Shown here piece after piece: positions 38,754 through 47,931 of a stretch of DNA of 64,000 nucleotides. Source of the stretch: Spirochaetia bacterium. Lineage in GTDB: Bacteria; Spirochaetota; Spirochaetia; SP-2023. A model generated the notes under the pieces. That model ran no database searches and was not told where the DNA came from. It saw nothing but the letters and a program-made list of their open reading frames with translations. The first letter of the stretch is position 1, and every line of letters starts with the position of its first letter. The translations under genes were made by a program, and so were the position numbers. The DNA lies in the NCBI GenBank assembly GCA_965225855.1, contig CBDDCK010000005.1, positions 1,184,001 to 1,248,000 of the forward strand. The letters are read 5' to 3'.

Positions 38754-40271
38754 ATGGCTGCAGAATATTTATTAACGATTAAAAACGTCAGTAAATCCTT
38801 TGCTGGTGTGAGTGTCCTTAAAAATGTTTCTCTTGATGTAAGGCCTAAGACAGTTCACTCTCTAATGGGTGAAAATGGTGCTGGGAAATCCACTTTGATG
38901 AAATGCTTGTTTGGTATATACAAACAAGATGAGGGGAAATTTTTTCTAGGCGGCGAGGAGTTTAATTTCACCGATGCCTATCATGCCCTACAGCATGGGG
39001 TATCCATGGTTCATCAAGAATTAAACCAGGTTTTACAACGTAATGTCGTGGATAACATTTGGTTGGGGCGCTATCCCGGCAAATTAGGTATTGTCGATCG
39101 CAAAAAAATGCAACTGGACACGCAAGAATTATTTGATCGTCTAGGCATTGAAGTCGATCTAAACCAAAAACTATTTGACCTTTCAGTATCACAACGCCAG
39201 ATGATCGAAATAGCTAAGGCCGTTTCCTATCAAGCCAAAATCATCGTATTAGATGAGCCAACCTCTTCTTTAACTGAAAAAGAAGTGGATAAACTATTTG
39301 AGATTATTGGCACCTTGAAAAATAAAGGTTGTGGCATTATTTACATTTCCCACAAAATGGACGAGATTTTCCGCATTTCAGACGATGTAACCATTATGCG
39401 TGATGGCGAATATGAAGGAACATACTCCATTTCCGAATTGGGAAATATAAATGAAGGGGGCATGGATAAAATTATTAAATTGATGGTGGGTAGAGACTTA
39501 ATACACCGATTCCCTCCTAAAACCAATAATCCAGGCCCAGTTGTTGCCGAGTTTAAAGATATGCTTAGCGAATATAGGCCGAGGGTTAATCATATTAGTT
39601 TTTCTCTTTGCAAGGGAGAAATTCTTGGACTGTATGGCTTAGTTGGCGCAAGACGGACAGAATTATTAGAAATGATTTTTGGTTTACGCACTAAACGGAG
39701 TGGGACAATTTTATACGAGGGTAAAGAAATTGATAACTCTACGCCACAAAAGTCGATAAAAAATGGTTTTATACTGGTAACAGAAGAACGGCGTGCCAAT
39801 GGGATTTTTGCCATGGCCGATTTAAATGCCAATACCACGATTGCCAATCTTCCCGCATATTCTAAAAATTTGGGTATTTTGAATTTGATTAAAATGGAGC
39901 AAGATACCGATGAACAAATCAAAAAGCTAAAAGTCAAAGCAAATAGCCAAAAGAATTTGATTTATGAGCTTAGCGGTGGTAATCAACAGAAAATTATTTT
40001 GGGCCGCTGGCTACTGCTAGAGCCTGATATTTTGCTGCTCGATGAACCGACTCGTGGTATAGATGTCGGGGCTAAATACGAAATTTACCAACTCATCATT
40101 AAAATGGCCGAAGCTGGTAAATCAATTATTATGGTATCATCGGAAATGCCAGAATTGCTGGGCATTTCCGATCGCATGATGGTTATGAGCAACGGATATT
40201 TATCCGATATTGTTGAAACAAAAGATACTAGTCAACATGAAATTTTAACCCTGGCGACAAAGCACCTATAA
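38754..40271 (+). CDS. mglA: Galactose ABC transporter ATP-binding protein
   Basis: GENGAGKSTLMKCLFGIY, MVHQELN, LSGGNQQK and DEPTRGIDVGAK motifs. Confidence 0.95.
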   Translation: MAAEYLLTIKNVSKSFAGVSVLKNVSLDVRPKTVHSLMGENGAGKSTLMKCLFGIYKQDEGKFFLGGEEFNFTDAYHALQHGVSMVHQELNQVLQRNVVDNIWLGRYPGKLGIVDRKKMQLDTQELFDRLGIEVDLNQKLFDLSVSQRQMIEIAKAVSYQAKIIVLDEPTSSLTEKEVDKLFEIIGTLKNKGCGIIYISHKMDEIFRISDDVTIMRDGEYEGTYSISELGNINEGGMDKIIKLMVGRDLIHRFPPKTNNPGPVVAEFKDMLSEYRPRVNHISFSLCKGEILGLYGLVGARRTELLEMIFGLRTKRSGTILYEGKEIDNSTPQKSIKNGFILVTEERRANGIFAMADLNANTTIANLPAYSKNLGILNLIKMEQDTDEQIKKLKVKANSQKNLIYELSGGNQQKIILGRWLLLEPDILLLDEPTRGIDVGAKYEIYQLIIKMAEAGKSIIMVSSEMPELLGISDRMMVMSNGYLSDIVETKDTSQHEILTLATKHL

Positions 40272-40299
40272 AAATTCACAAATATCAAAAAGGTTTGGA

Positions 40300-41310
40300 A
40301 TGGAAAATTCTGTAAGAAAACAAATTTCTTGGAAATCTATGCTAATAAATAAAGCAATCTATATTGTTATGATATTGCTTATATTATTGATTGTCGCTTT
40401 TGAACCGCGGTTTGTTTCGATCAACGTATTTCGCAACATTTTGGTGCAATCATCGGTTCGCTTGATTTTAGCCTTTGGAGTAGCCGGTATTATTGTCTTG
40501 CAAGGAACAGATTTATCACTGGGACGGACCGTTGGTTTGGCCGCGGTAGTTTCTGCTTCCATGCTCCAACAACCCGATTATCTAGGACGTTTTTTCCCCG
40601 ATTTGCCGCTGATGCCGCTGATTGTACCTATGTTGATTGCCATGTTTGTTTGTGCGGTGTTTAGTGCGGTTAATGGTTTAGTTCACGCAATTTACAAGGT
40701 CCACCCATTTATTGTAACGATGGGTTCGCAAGTGGTTATCTACGGTGTTTTATCCATTTACTTTGCCGCTCAACCGCAAGGTGCCCAACCAATTGGCAGT
40801 TTAGACCCTCGCTATTCAGAATTTGTCAACGGAACAACCTTTTATATACCTCATCTGATTTTCTATGCTGTAATCGTTACGGTGTTGATGTGGTTCTTAT
40901 GGAATAAAACCAAGTTTGGCCGCAAGATGTATGCGGTTGGAGGCAACCCCGAAGCGGCCCATGTATCGGGAGTGAATGTGGTTCATACCATCTTTTGGGT
41001 TTATGTCTTGGGTGGTTTGCTCTACGGTTTTGGTGGTTTTCTCGAAGCTGCGCGCATCGGTAGTGCTACCAACTCCACGGGTTTTGGCTACGAGCTAGAT
41101 GCCATTGCAGCTTGTGTCGTAGGTGGCATTTCGTTTAGCGGTGGGGTTGGTAAAATATCTGGCGCTGTGGTGGGCGTATTGATGTTTACTATCATTACTT
41201 ATGGCATGATATTCTTGGGCTTAGATGTTTTTTATCAGTATATCATTAAAGGTATTATCATTGTTGCCGCAGTTTCCTTTGATACCCAAAAATACTTGAA
41301 GAAAGTATAA
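40300..41310 (+). CDS. mglC: Galactose ABC transporter permease
   Basis: GTDLSLGR, WNKTKFG, GGNPEAA.VSG and YELDAIAACVVGG motifs. Confidence 0.95.
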   Translation: MENSVRKQISWKSMLINKAIYIVMILLILLIVAFEPRFVSINVFRNILVQSSVRLILAFGVAGIIVLQGTDLSLGRTVGLAAVVSASMLQQPDYLGRFFPDLPLMPLIVPMLIAMFVCAVFSAVNGLVHAIYKVHPFIVTMGSQVVIYGVLSIYFAAQPQGAQPIGSLDPRYSEFVNGTTFYIPHLIFYAVIVTVLMWFLWNKTKFGRKMYAVGGNPEAAHVSGVNVVHTIFWVYVLGGLLYGFGGFLEAARIGSATNSTGFGYELDAIAACVVGGISFSGGVGKISGAVVGVLMFTIITYGMIFLGLDVFYQYIIKGIIIVAAVSFDTQKYLKKV

Positions 41311-41348
41311 ATAATTCTAGGCAGAATACGAAAGCAATAAGGGTGGTC

Positions 41349-42161
41349 ATGAATTTCCAGCACCAGCGCATCTATCTTGGGGTATCGTCATCTTCTGCTT
41401 CTGTGATAGAGCAATGGCAACAAGCTATTGACTGGGACAAAGCTGGTGGTCTGTTACCTGCTATTATACAAGATTTGTGCACCCGCCAAGTTCTGATGCA
41501 AGGCTTTATGAATTTAGAAGCCTTGCAACAAAGCTTAAATAGCGCGAAAGTTACCTTTTATAGCCGTAGCAAACAACGCTTATGGTGTAAAGGGGAAACT
41601 TCAAATAATTTCCTAACGATACGCGAATTGGCCTTAGACTGCGATTGTGATTCATTGTTAATTTTGGTAGAACCATCGGGGCCCACTTGCCACCGAGGTA
41701 GTAATTCCTGCTACAGTACGCCGTTTATAAAAACCTTGAATACTCCAAAACATAATACTATTTCAGAGCTAACAAGGCTCGGTGGCAATTTTGCTAGTGG
41801 TGAGAGTTTAGGCCTCGGCTGGCTTGGGGCCTTAGAACGCATTGTTCAGCAACGCCTTAGCACAAACACAGAAGAAAGCTATGTGCAATCCTTATGGCAA
41901 TCTGGCCTACAGCGCATAGCCCAAAAGGTGGGTGAAGAAGGGGTCGAAGTTGCCCTAGCTGCAATTGTCTTACAAACCTCAACAGAACCAAATGATTCTT
42001 TATTGAAAAAAGAATTGGCGAGTGAAGCGGGCGATTTACTATTTCATTTAATTGTACTGCTCCAGGCCTGTGGCCTGAATTTACAAGATGTGATAGCCGT
42101 ACTGGAACAACGCCATCACAAATCTTTGGAAGCTGTGAATAACTCTAACAAAAAAGATTAA
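41349..42161 (+). CDS. hisIE: Bifunctional phosphoribosyl-AMP cyclohydrolase/phosphoribosyl-ATP pyrophosphatase
   Basis: SRSKQRLWCKGETS, DCDCD, GPTCH, RIAQKVGEEGVE and DLLFH motifs. Start uncertain. Confidence 0.92.
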   Translation: MNFQHQRIYLGVSSSSASVIEQWQQAIDWDKAGGLLPAIIQDLCTRQVLMQGFMNLEALQQSLNSAKVTFYSRSKQRLWCKGETSNNFLTIRELALDCDCDSLLILVEPSGPTCHRGSNSCYSTPFIKTLNTPKHNTISELTRLGGNFASGESLGLGWLGALERIVQQRLSTNTEESYVQSLWQSGLQRIAQKVGEEGVEVALAAIVLQTSTEPNDSLLKKELASEAGDLLFHLIVLLQACGLNLQDVIAVLEQRHHKSLEAVNNSNKKD

Positions 42162-42175
42162 GGGAATTTCTCGAT

Positions 42176-43405
42176 TTGGCCTCTGAACAAAATGCAGCCC
42201 CCACAGAGCAATCTTTACAAGCACAAACCAAGCAGGATATAAAACGACTGCTAACCAGAGCGAGGTCCAATATCCAGCAATTAAAACCTTATTCTTCAGC
42301 ACGGCTGCATACTAGTGCGCAAGAATTGCAAAATAATATCCTGCTTAACGCCAACGAAAACCCCTACGCCCCACCATCTCAGTTACGCTCGTATCCGAAC
42401 AAAAGATGGGACACAGCCCAATTCAATTACTACCCCGAACCCCAGCCCCAAGAATTAATTACTGCCCTAGCAGCACTCTATGCTGTTAGGCCCCAACAAC
42501 TTATAGTTGGACGCGGCAGCGATGAGGCTATTGATTTGTTGATTCGGGCTTTTTGCGGCGAACAAGACGCGATAATCATCTGTAGCCCCACGTTCGGCAT
42601 GTACTATAGTTATGCAAATATTCAAGGTTGCCGTGTCCTCGATATACCACTGGAAATAGAGGGAATACAAAAGCCAAAACCCAATTCATGGACAAAAGCT
42701 AAGCTACTCACTGCCCATCTGCCTGTGCTGCAGATAGAGCAAGTAATAACAGCACAAGCACCCAAATTATTGTTTTTACCGAGTCCATTAGCCCCGCTTG
42801 GCTGTGAGATTCCAAATCAACAATTACAAACTATCCTAGAATTATGTGCTCAAAACGATGTATTTTTGGTAATAGATGAAGCGTATGCCGAATTTGCCCA
42901 AATACTATCCACCTCTTACCAAAGCTACATACCTATATTAAGATACTACCCTAACTTAATCGTATTACGGACTTTATCTAAAGCCTATAGCTTGGCTGGC
43001 GAACGCATCGGTAGCTTGCTAGCTGCACCCGAGTTAATCCAATTACTGCGCCCCATTCAGTCCCCTTATCCGATCCCTGCTTCGATTAGCCATTATGTTA
43101 GTCAGCTACTAAAAGATTCCCTAGCCATGAACGATATGGCCGTTTGCCTTGAACAGCTTTGCCAGCAACATGCACAGTTATTTGCCTTGCTGGAAGGCCT
43201 ACCCTATGTAAATACAATCTTTAATAGTGTTGCTAATTTTGTTATGGTACAGGTGGATTGCGCCCAATCTTTGCTAGAGCATTGTAGCAAACAGAACATC
43301 ATACTGCGCAATTTTAGCCAAAGTATAGATGGTGCTGTGCGCATCTCACTGGGCAACGCCGAACAAATGGAAAAGCTATTCCAATCTTTAAAACAATTTA
43401 CTTAA
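42176..43405 (+). CDS. hisC: Histidinol-phosphate aminotransferase
   Basis: PYSSAR, LNANENP, GRGSDEAIDLLIRAFC, PTFGMY, DEAY and RTLSKAYSLAGER motifs. Confidence 0.92.
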   Translation: MASEQNAAPTEQSLQAQTKQDIKRLLTRARSNIQQLKPYSSARLHTSAQELQNNILLNANENPYAPPSQLRSYPNKRWDTAQFNYYPEPQPQELITALAALYAVRPQQLIVGRGSDEAIDLLIRAFCGEQDAIIICSPTFGMYYSYANIQGCRVLDIPLEIEGIQKPKPNSWTKAKLLTAHLPVLQIEQVITAQAPKLLFLPSPLAPLGCEIPNQQLQTILELCAQNDVFLVIDEAYAEFAQILSTSYQSYIPILRYYPNLIVLRTLSKAYSLAGERIGSLLAAPELIQLLRPIQSPYPIPASISHYVSQLLKDSLAMNDMAVCLEQLCQQHAQLFALLEGLPYVNTIFNSVANFVMVQVDCAQSLLEHCSKQNIILRNFSQSIDGAVRISLGNAEQMEKLFQSLKQFT

Positions 43406-43418
43406 TTGGAGGTTAGCC

Positions 43419-45005
43419 ATGAACGACAAACAATATGCTTTATTTAGCCTTTCGGATAAGGAAGCTGCTATTGAACTGGCTATTTTTTTACAGCAACAAG
43501 GTCTAGGGCTATTGGCTACGGGTTCTACCGCCCAATTTCTGCGCCAAGCTAGGCTAAATGTGGAAAGCGTTTCTGATTTTACGGGGGCTGCGGAAATTCT
43601 CAATGGTCGAGTAAAAACCTTGCACCCCAAAATCCATGGTTCCCTTTTGTATTTGCGCACAAACCAAGAACATATTGCAGAGAAAGAGCGTAGTAAACTG
43701 CGTGATATTGCCGTTGTGGTGGTAAACCTCTACCCTTTTACCCAAACGGTAGTCGCTGCCAATAAAGAAGATAAGCGTATTATCGAAAATATAGACATTG
43801 GTGGCTCTGCTATGCTGCGTTCGGCAGCAAAAAACTACCAGAGTATTAGCGTGTTGTGCAACCCCTCTGACTACGCCGATTTTATGAACGAATGGCAAGA
43901 TAGTGGCGCTATATCGTTAGAGACTCGATGCCGTTTAGCAGCAAAAGTTTATGGCTATACTGCCCACTACGATGCGATGATTAGTGCTTGGTTTAACAAC
44001 AAAAACGGCGAGCTATTCCCCGAGAAACTGGTTATTGCGGGCGAGCGCAAGCAAATGGCCCGCTACGGCGAAAACCCCCATCAGCCAGGGGCCATTTACC
44101 AAACCAATGTGGCGGGTAATAGTTTGGTAACCCAATGCCAACAACTCCACGGTAAGGAAATGTCATACAATAATTTCTTAGATGCCGAAGCAGCCCTTAG
44201 CTTCCTGCGTTTGTTTTACCAAAAGGCGGTGATGATTATTAAACACCAGAACCCTTGTGGTTCAGCTATTGCGTGTTACAACCAAGAACCCCTGTTCAAT
44301 ATTTATGCTCGCGCTCTTGCTTGTGATACTCTTTCGGCTTTCGGCGGGATTGTTGCTGTGAATGGCAAAATTGATTTGCCTTTGGCAGAAAAACTATGCG
44401 AGACGTTTTATGAAATTATTTTAGCACCAGAATATAGTGAAAATGCCTTGCAAAAACTCCACTCAAAGAAAAATTTGCGGATACTACAGATACCAGGAAA
44501 AATAGCAGGTTTTACTCTGCCCGCATTGGATTTTCGGCCTTTGAGTGGTGGCTTTGCAATCCAAAGGTTTGATGATAGCCTAAACCCAAACAATGAAACC
44601 GAAGAATTTTCCCATTTTCAATGTGTCTCTAAGGCCCAGCCAACTGAGCATGACCTACAAGAATTATTATTTGCTTGGAAAATTGCCAGCCGTGTCAAAT
44701 CCAACGCGATTGTCTTTAGCAAAGATTTTACTGCACCGGGAATTGGTGCTGGCCAAATGAGCCGTATTGACTCGGTAAAAATTGCTGCCCAAAAAATGCA
44801 AAATATGGGGTTTTCCCTGCACAATAGCTATATGGCCTCCGATGCTTTTTTTCCATTTCGGGATACGATTGACCTTGCCGCCGAATATCGCGTGCGGGCC
44901 ATTATCCACCCCGGCGGTTCAATACGCGACCCAGAAGTAATCCAAGCTGCCGATGAACACGGCATCATCATGGTTTGTACTGGCGTGCGTCATTTTTACC
45001 ATTAA
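43419..45005 (+). CDS. purH: AICAR transformylase/IMP cyclohydrolase
   Basis: [50 protein letters not shown] and SDAFFPF motifs. Confidence 0.97.
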   Translation: MNDKQYALFSLSDKEAAIELAIFLQQQGLGLLATGSTAQFLRQARLNVESVSDFTGAAEILNGRVKTLHPKIHGSLLYLRTNQEHIAEKERSKLRDIAVVVVNLYPFTQTVVAANKEDKRIIENIDIGGSAMLRSAAKNYQSISVLCNPSDYADFMNEWQDSGAISLETRCRLAAKVYGYTAHYDAMISAWFNNKNGELFPEKLVIAGERKQMARYGENPHQPGAIYQTNVAGNSLVTQCQQLHGKEMSYNNFLDAEAALSFLRLFYQKAVMIIKHQNPCGSAIACYNQEPLFNIYARALACDTLSAFGGIVAVNGKIDLPLAEKLCETFYEIILAPEYSENALQKLHSKKNLRILQIPGKIAGFTLPALDFRPLSGGFAIQRFDDSLNPNNETEEFSHFQCVSKAQPTEHDLQELLFAWKIASRVKSNAIVFSKDFTAPGIGAGQMSRIDSVKIAAQKMQNMGFSLHNSYMASDAFFPFRDTIDLAAEYRVRAIIHPGGSIRDPEVIQAADEHGIIMVCTGVRHFYH

Positions 45006-45013
45006 CTATAGAG

Positions 45014-45122
45014 ATCAACCCCAAACCCAAAAGGTAATCGCCGAACGAGTAGAGCGATTCTTTAGTCAATAAATTGCTGGAGCACCGGTCTGGTGTTGGT
45101 TCACTTTGGGTTTGGGGTTGAT
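45014..45122. repeat. 109-bp element with 18-bp perfect terminal inverted repeats between convergent genes
   Basis: ATCAACCCCAAACCCAAA (45014-45031) and TTTGGGTTTGGGGTTGAT (45105-45122). Confidence 0.75.
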
Positions 45123-45142
45123 TCATTAAAGGTTATGCAAAG

Positions 45143-46024
45143 CTATTTAATAGCTCCAGCTACCATACCTTTGATTACATGTTTTTGCACCGTTAAGAAA
45201 AAAATGATGGCAGGGATAGCGGCCATGAGAACAGCAGTCATAATTAAATCCCATTTTTTGACGAAAGAGCCGGCAAATGCTTGAATTGCAAGAGGCACAG
45301 TTTGCAATTTTTGTCCAACCCCCAATATTAAAGCCGGAAGTAAAAAATCGTTCCATATCCACAACATGTCCAAAACTAATATGGTAATAAAAATGGGCTT
45401 TAATATTGGGACAACAATTAAGAAAAAAGTTGCTGGTTTATTGCAGCCATCAATAGTCGCGGCTTCTTCTAATTCTAGGGGTACGCTTTTCATAAAACCA
45501 TGAAACATAAACACGGCCAAAGGAGAGCCAAAACCTATGTAGGCAAAAATTATGCCGTGATAACTGCGTAGCATGGGTAGGCCGGTAACTTCCAAAATTC
45601 TGCGGTAGAATTCCACCAGCGGAAACATAACTACCTGAAAAGGTACTACTAAGCCAGCAACAAACAGTAAGAACAAAGCATGAGAAACGCGGCTTTTGCT
45701 GCGTACTAAGACCCAAGCGGCCATAGAAGAAAATAAGCAAATAGTTAATAAAGAAAGCACGGTAATAACGCTACTGGCCCAGACGCTAGAAGGGTACTTG
45801 ATAGTATTAGAATTCCATACTTTAGCGATATTCTGAAACAACTGTCCCCAATTATCTGGCAATTGGGTGGGGCCACTTAAAATTTCCAAAGAGGATTTTG
45901 AAGAGCTAATAATAACAATAAAAAACGGATACATCGCCAGCAAAAAAAATAATGTGGTTAGCATCAATAAGATTGTATTTACCCATATTTTTTTCTGTTT
46001 GGCATTCATTAGTTTACTCTCCAT
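45143..46024 (-). CDS. Carbohydrate ABC transporter permease (MalG/MsmG-like)
   Basis: VPFQVVM, ELEEAATIDG, WIWNDFLLP and GMVAGAIK motifs. Confidence 0.93.
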   Translation of the reverse strand: MESKLMNAKQKKIWVNTILLMLTTLFFLLAMYPFFIVIISSSKSSLEILSGPTQLPDNWGQLFQNIAKVWNSNTIKYPSSVWASSVITVLSLLTICLFSSMAAWVLVRSKSRVSHALFLLFVAGLVVPFQVVMFPLVEFYRRILEVTGLPMLRSYHGIIFAYIGFGSPLAVFMFHGFMKSVPLELEEAATIDGCNKPATFFLIVVPILKPIFITILVLDMLWIWNDFLLPALILGVGQKLQTVPLAIQAFAGSFVKKWDLIMTAVLMAAIPAIIFFLTVQKHVIKGMVAGAIK

Positions 46025-46057
46025 TTCCTCATTTTTTATATTGATGTTTTATTTTAA

Positions 46058-46957
46058 TTACATTTCAATTTCGCGTTTTTTGTTGATTTGCACCTGAATT
46101 AAAGAAATCAACATTAAAACCAAAAAGAATATTGCGGCTCTGGCTTGTCCTTGACCCATTTGATTATATTTAAATGCGGTATTATAAATATTTAAAGCAA
46201 GTAATTCGGTAGAGTTTAAGGTTTGGTTGTTCCATTGCATAGGCGGGCCACCGGCGGTCAAGGCAATTAAAATATCAAATTGCTTAAATGAATTTACTAA
46301 GGTTAGAAACGATGAAATCGTAAACGCTTGGGAAATTAAAGGAAATGTAACATAGCGAAATTTTTGTAGAAAATTAGCGCCATCTATATCACAGGCTTCA
46401 ACTAATTCTTGCGGTACATTGAGCAAGGCCGCAATATAAATCATCATAATATAACCTGCGTACTGCCAAGTAAATGCAGCCACGACTCCCATTATCGCAA
46501 GATAGCCATCTGCTAAAATCAGTAAATCTTCTAGGGCTTGCCATTTGAGCACGCTACCTATCTCGGGCAAAATGTTGGTGTAGATAAACTGCCAAATAAA
46601 CCCCAATACCAGACCGCCAATTAGATTCGGGATAAAAAAACCAGCACGAAAGAAATTTTGCCAAGGTAACTTTCGTGTAACCAAAATCGCCAGAACCAAA
46701 GCCACTAGATTGATGAGTACAATACTCATGAACGCAAATATAAAAGTTAGTAAAAATGAATAACTAAATTGCCAGTCCCCAAACATACTGCGATAGTTTT
46801 TAAAACCAATAAACTTTATGGCTTCTCCCGCAATTGCAGACCAGTCGGTAAGTGAGTAATAAATACCCATAAAAAATGGAATAATCATAACTACTATAAA
46901 GGCAGACAAAGAAGGCAGCAGAAAGCCCCAGAAAACCAGTTTATTTGTTTTGTCCAT
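46058..46957 (-). CDS. Carbohydrate ABC transporter permease (MalF/MsmF-like)
   Basis: YSLTDW, FFIPNLI, WQYAGY.M.IYIA, EACDIDGA and FKQFD motifs; AGGAG RBS before ATG 46957. Confidence 0.93.
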   Translation of the reverse strand: MDKTNKLVFWGFLLPSLSAFIVVMIIPFFMGIYYSLTDWSAIAGEAIKFIGFKNYRSMFGDWQFSYSFLLTFIFAFMSIVLINLVALVLAILVTRKLPWQNFFRAGFFIPNLIGGLVLGFIWQFIYTNILPEIGSVLKWQALEDLLILADGYLAIMGVVAAFTWQYAGYIMMIYIAALLNVPQELVEACDIDGANFLQKFRYVTFPLISQAFTISSFLTLVNSFKQFDILIALTAGGPPMQWNNQTLNSTELLALNIYNTAFKYNQMGQGQARAAIFFLVLMLISLIQVQINKKREIEM

Positions 46958-47264
46958 TATAGACTCCTTAATTGGGGTTTTAGCTTGATTAAGGTTATTT
47001 ATTAGCCCCAAAGTATAACCCAATATACCAAAGCTGTAAATCTATTATTTTATAGATTCCCATTAATAGCGAGCTAAGCGGAAAACGCGCCGTACAGTAA
47101 ATCAAAAAAATTTAGTGAACATCGGTAAAAAGCAGGATTAAAAAGTGGAAACTTGTTCAATAAACCCTTACCGCTTTCAGTCGTTCCCCCAACCAACAAC
47201 CCAAAGCAACAAACCCGATCGACACTGTATGGCCAAAGTTGTTTGCGCAAAGCGCTTTCGGTAT

Positions 47265-47604
47265 ATACGGGAAGAGCCCCAGCTAAATACGGGAAGAGCC
47301 CCAGCTAAATACGGGAAGAGCCCCAGCTAAATACGGAGAGAGCCCCAGCTAAATACGGAGAGAGCCCCAGCTAAATACGGAGAGAGCCCCAGCTAAATAC
47401 GGAGAGAGCCCCAGCTAAATACGGAGAGAGCCCCAGCTAAATACGGGAAGAGCCCCAGCTAAATACGGGAAGAGCCCCAGCTAAATACGGAGAGAGCCCC
47501 AGCTAAATACGGAGAGAGCCCCAGCTAAATACGGGAAGAGCCCCAGCTAAATACGGGAAGAGCCCCAGCTAAATACGGAGAGAGCCCCAGCTAAATACGG
47601 GAAG
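47265..47604. repeat. Tandem array of 15 full plus 1 partial 22-bp units in two variants
   Basis: A=ATACGGGAAGAGCCCCAGCTAA, B=ATACGGAGAGAGCCCCAGCTAA; order AAABBBBBAABBAAB then partial A. Confidence 0.97.
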
Positions 47605-47705
47605 CCAATATAGCCAAAGCTATTGATCATTGCATGGAAACAACCAAAGGCTGAAACAGCCAAAGGCCCTTAAGCCTTTTGATTGCAACACCCTCAAGCC
47701 TTTTG

Positions 47706-47931
47706 ATTGGCATTGATTTTGAACCACCTTACAACACAAAACAACACTAACACACAAAAAAAGTGCCAACACTAAACAACACTAAACAACACTAAACATA
47801 AAAAAACTTGTAAAAAAGCTTATATGGGCCTTGACGCAACACCCCCCTAGCAAAATGGGGATTTACAGACTAGCCCGTATGGGTTGGCTAATCTTTATCC
47901 CTTGTTGGATCCCTTTTTGGAGGTATTGCTT
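47706..47931 (+). promoter_or_regulatory. Leader conserved with 29486-29687 (C6 tract; CAACACTAAA x3 at 47767-47796)
   Basis: Direct sequence comparison with the paralog A leader. Confidence 0.7.

Noticed and set aside
47265..47604. 22-bp array as CRISPR or plasmid origin
   Set aside because: There are no spacers and no rep/par genes, and the flanks are chromosomal.
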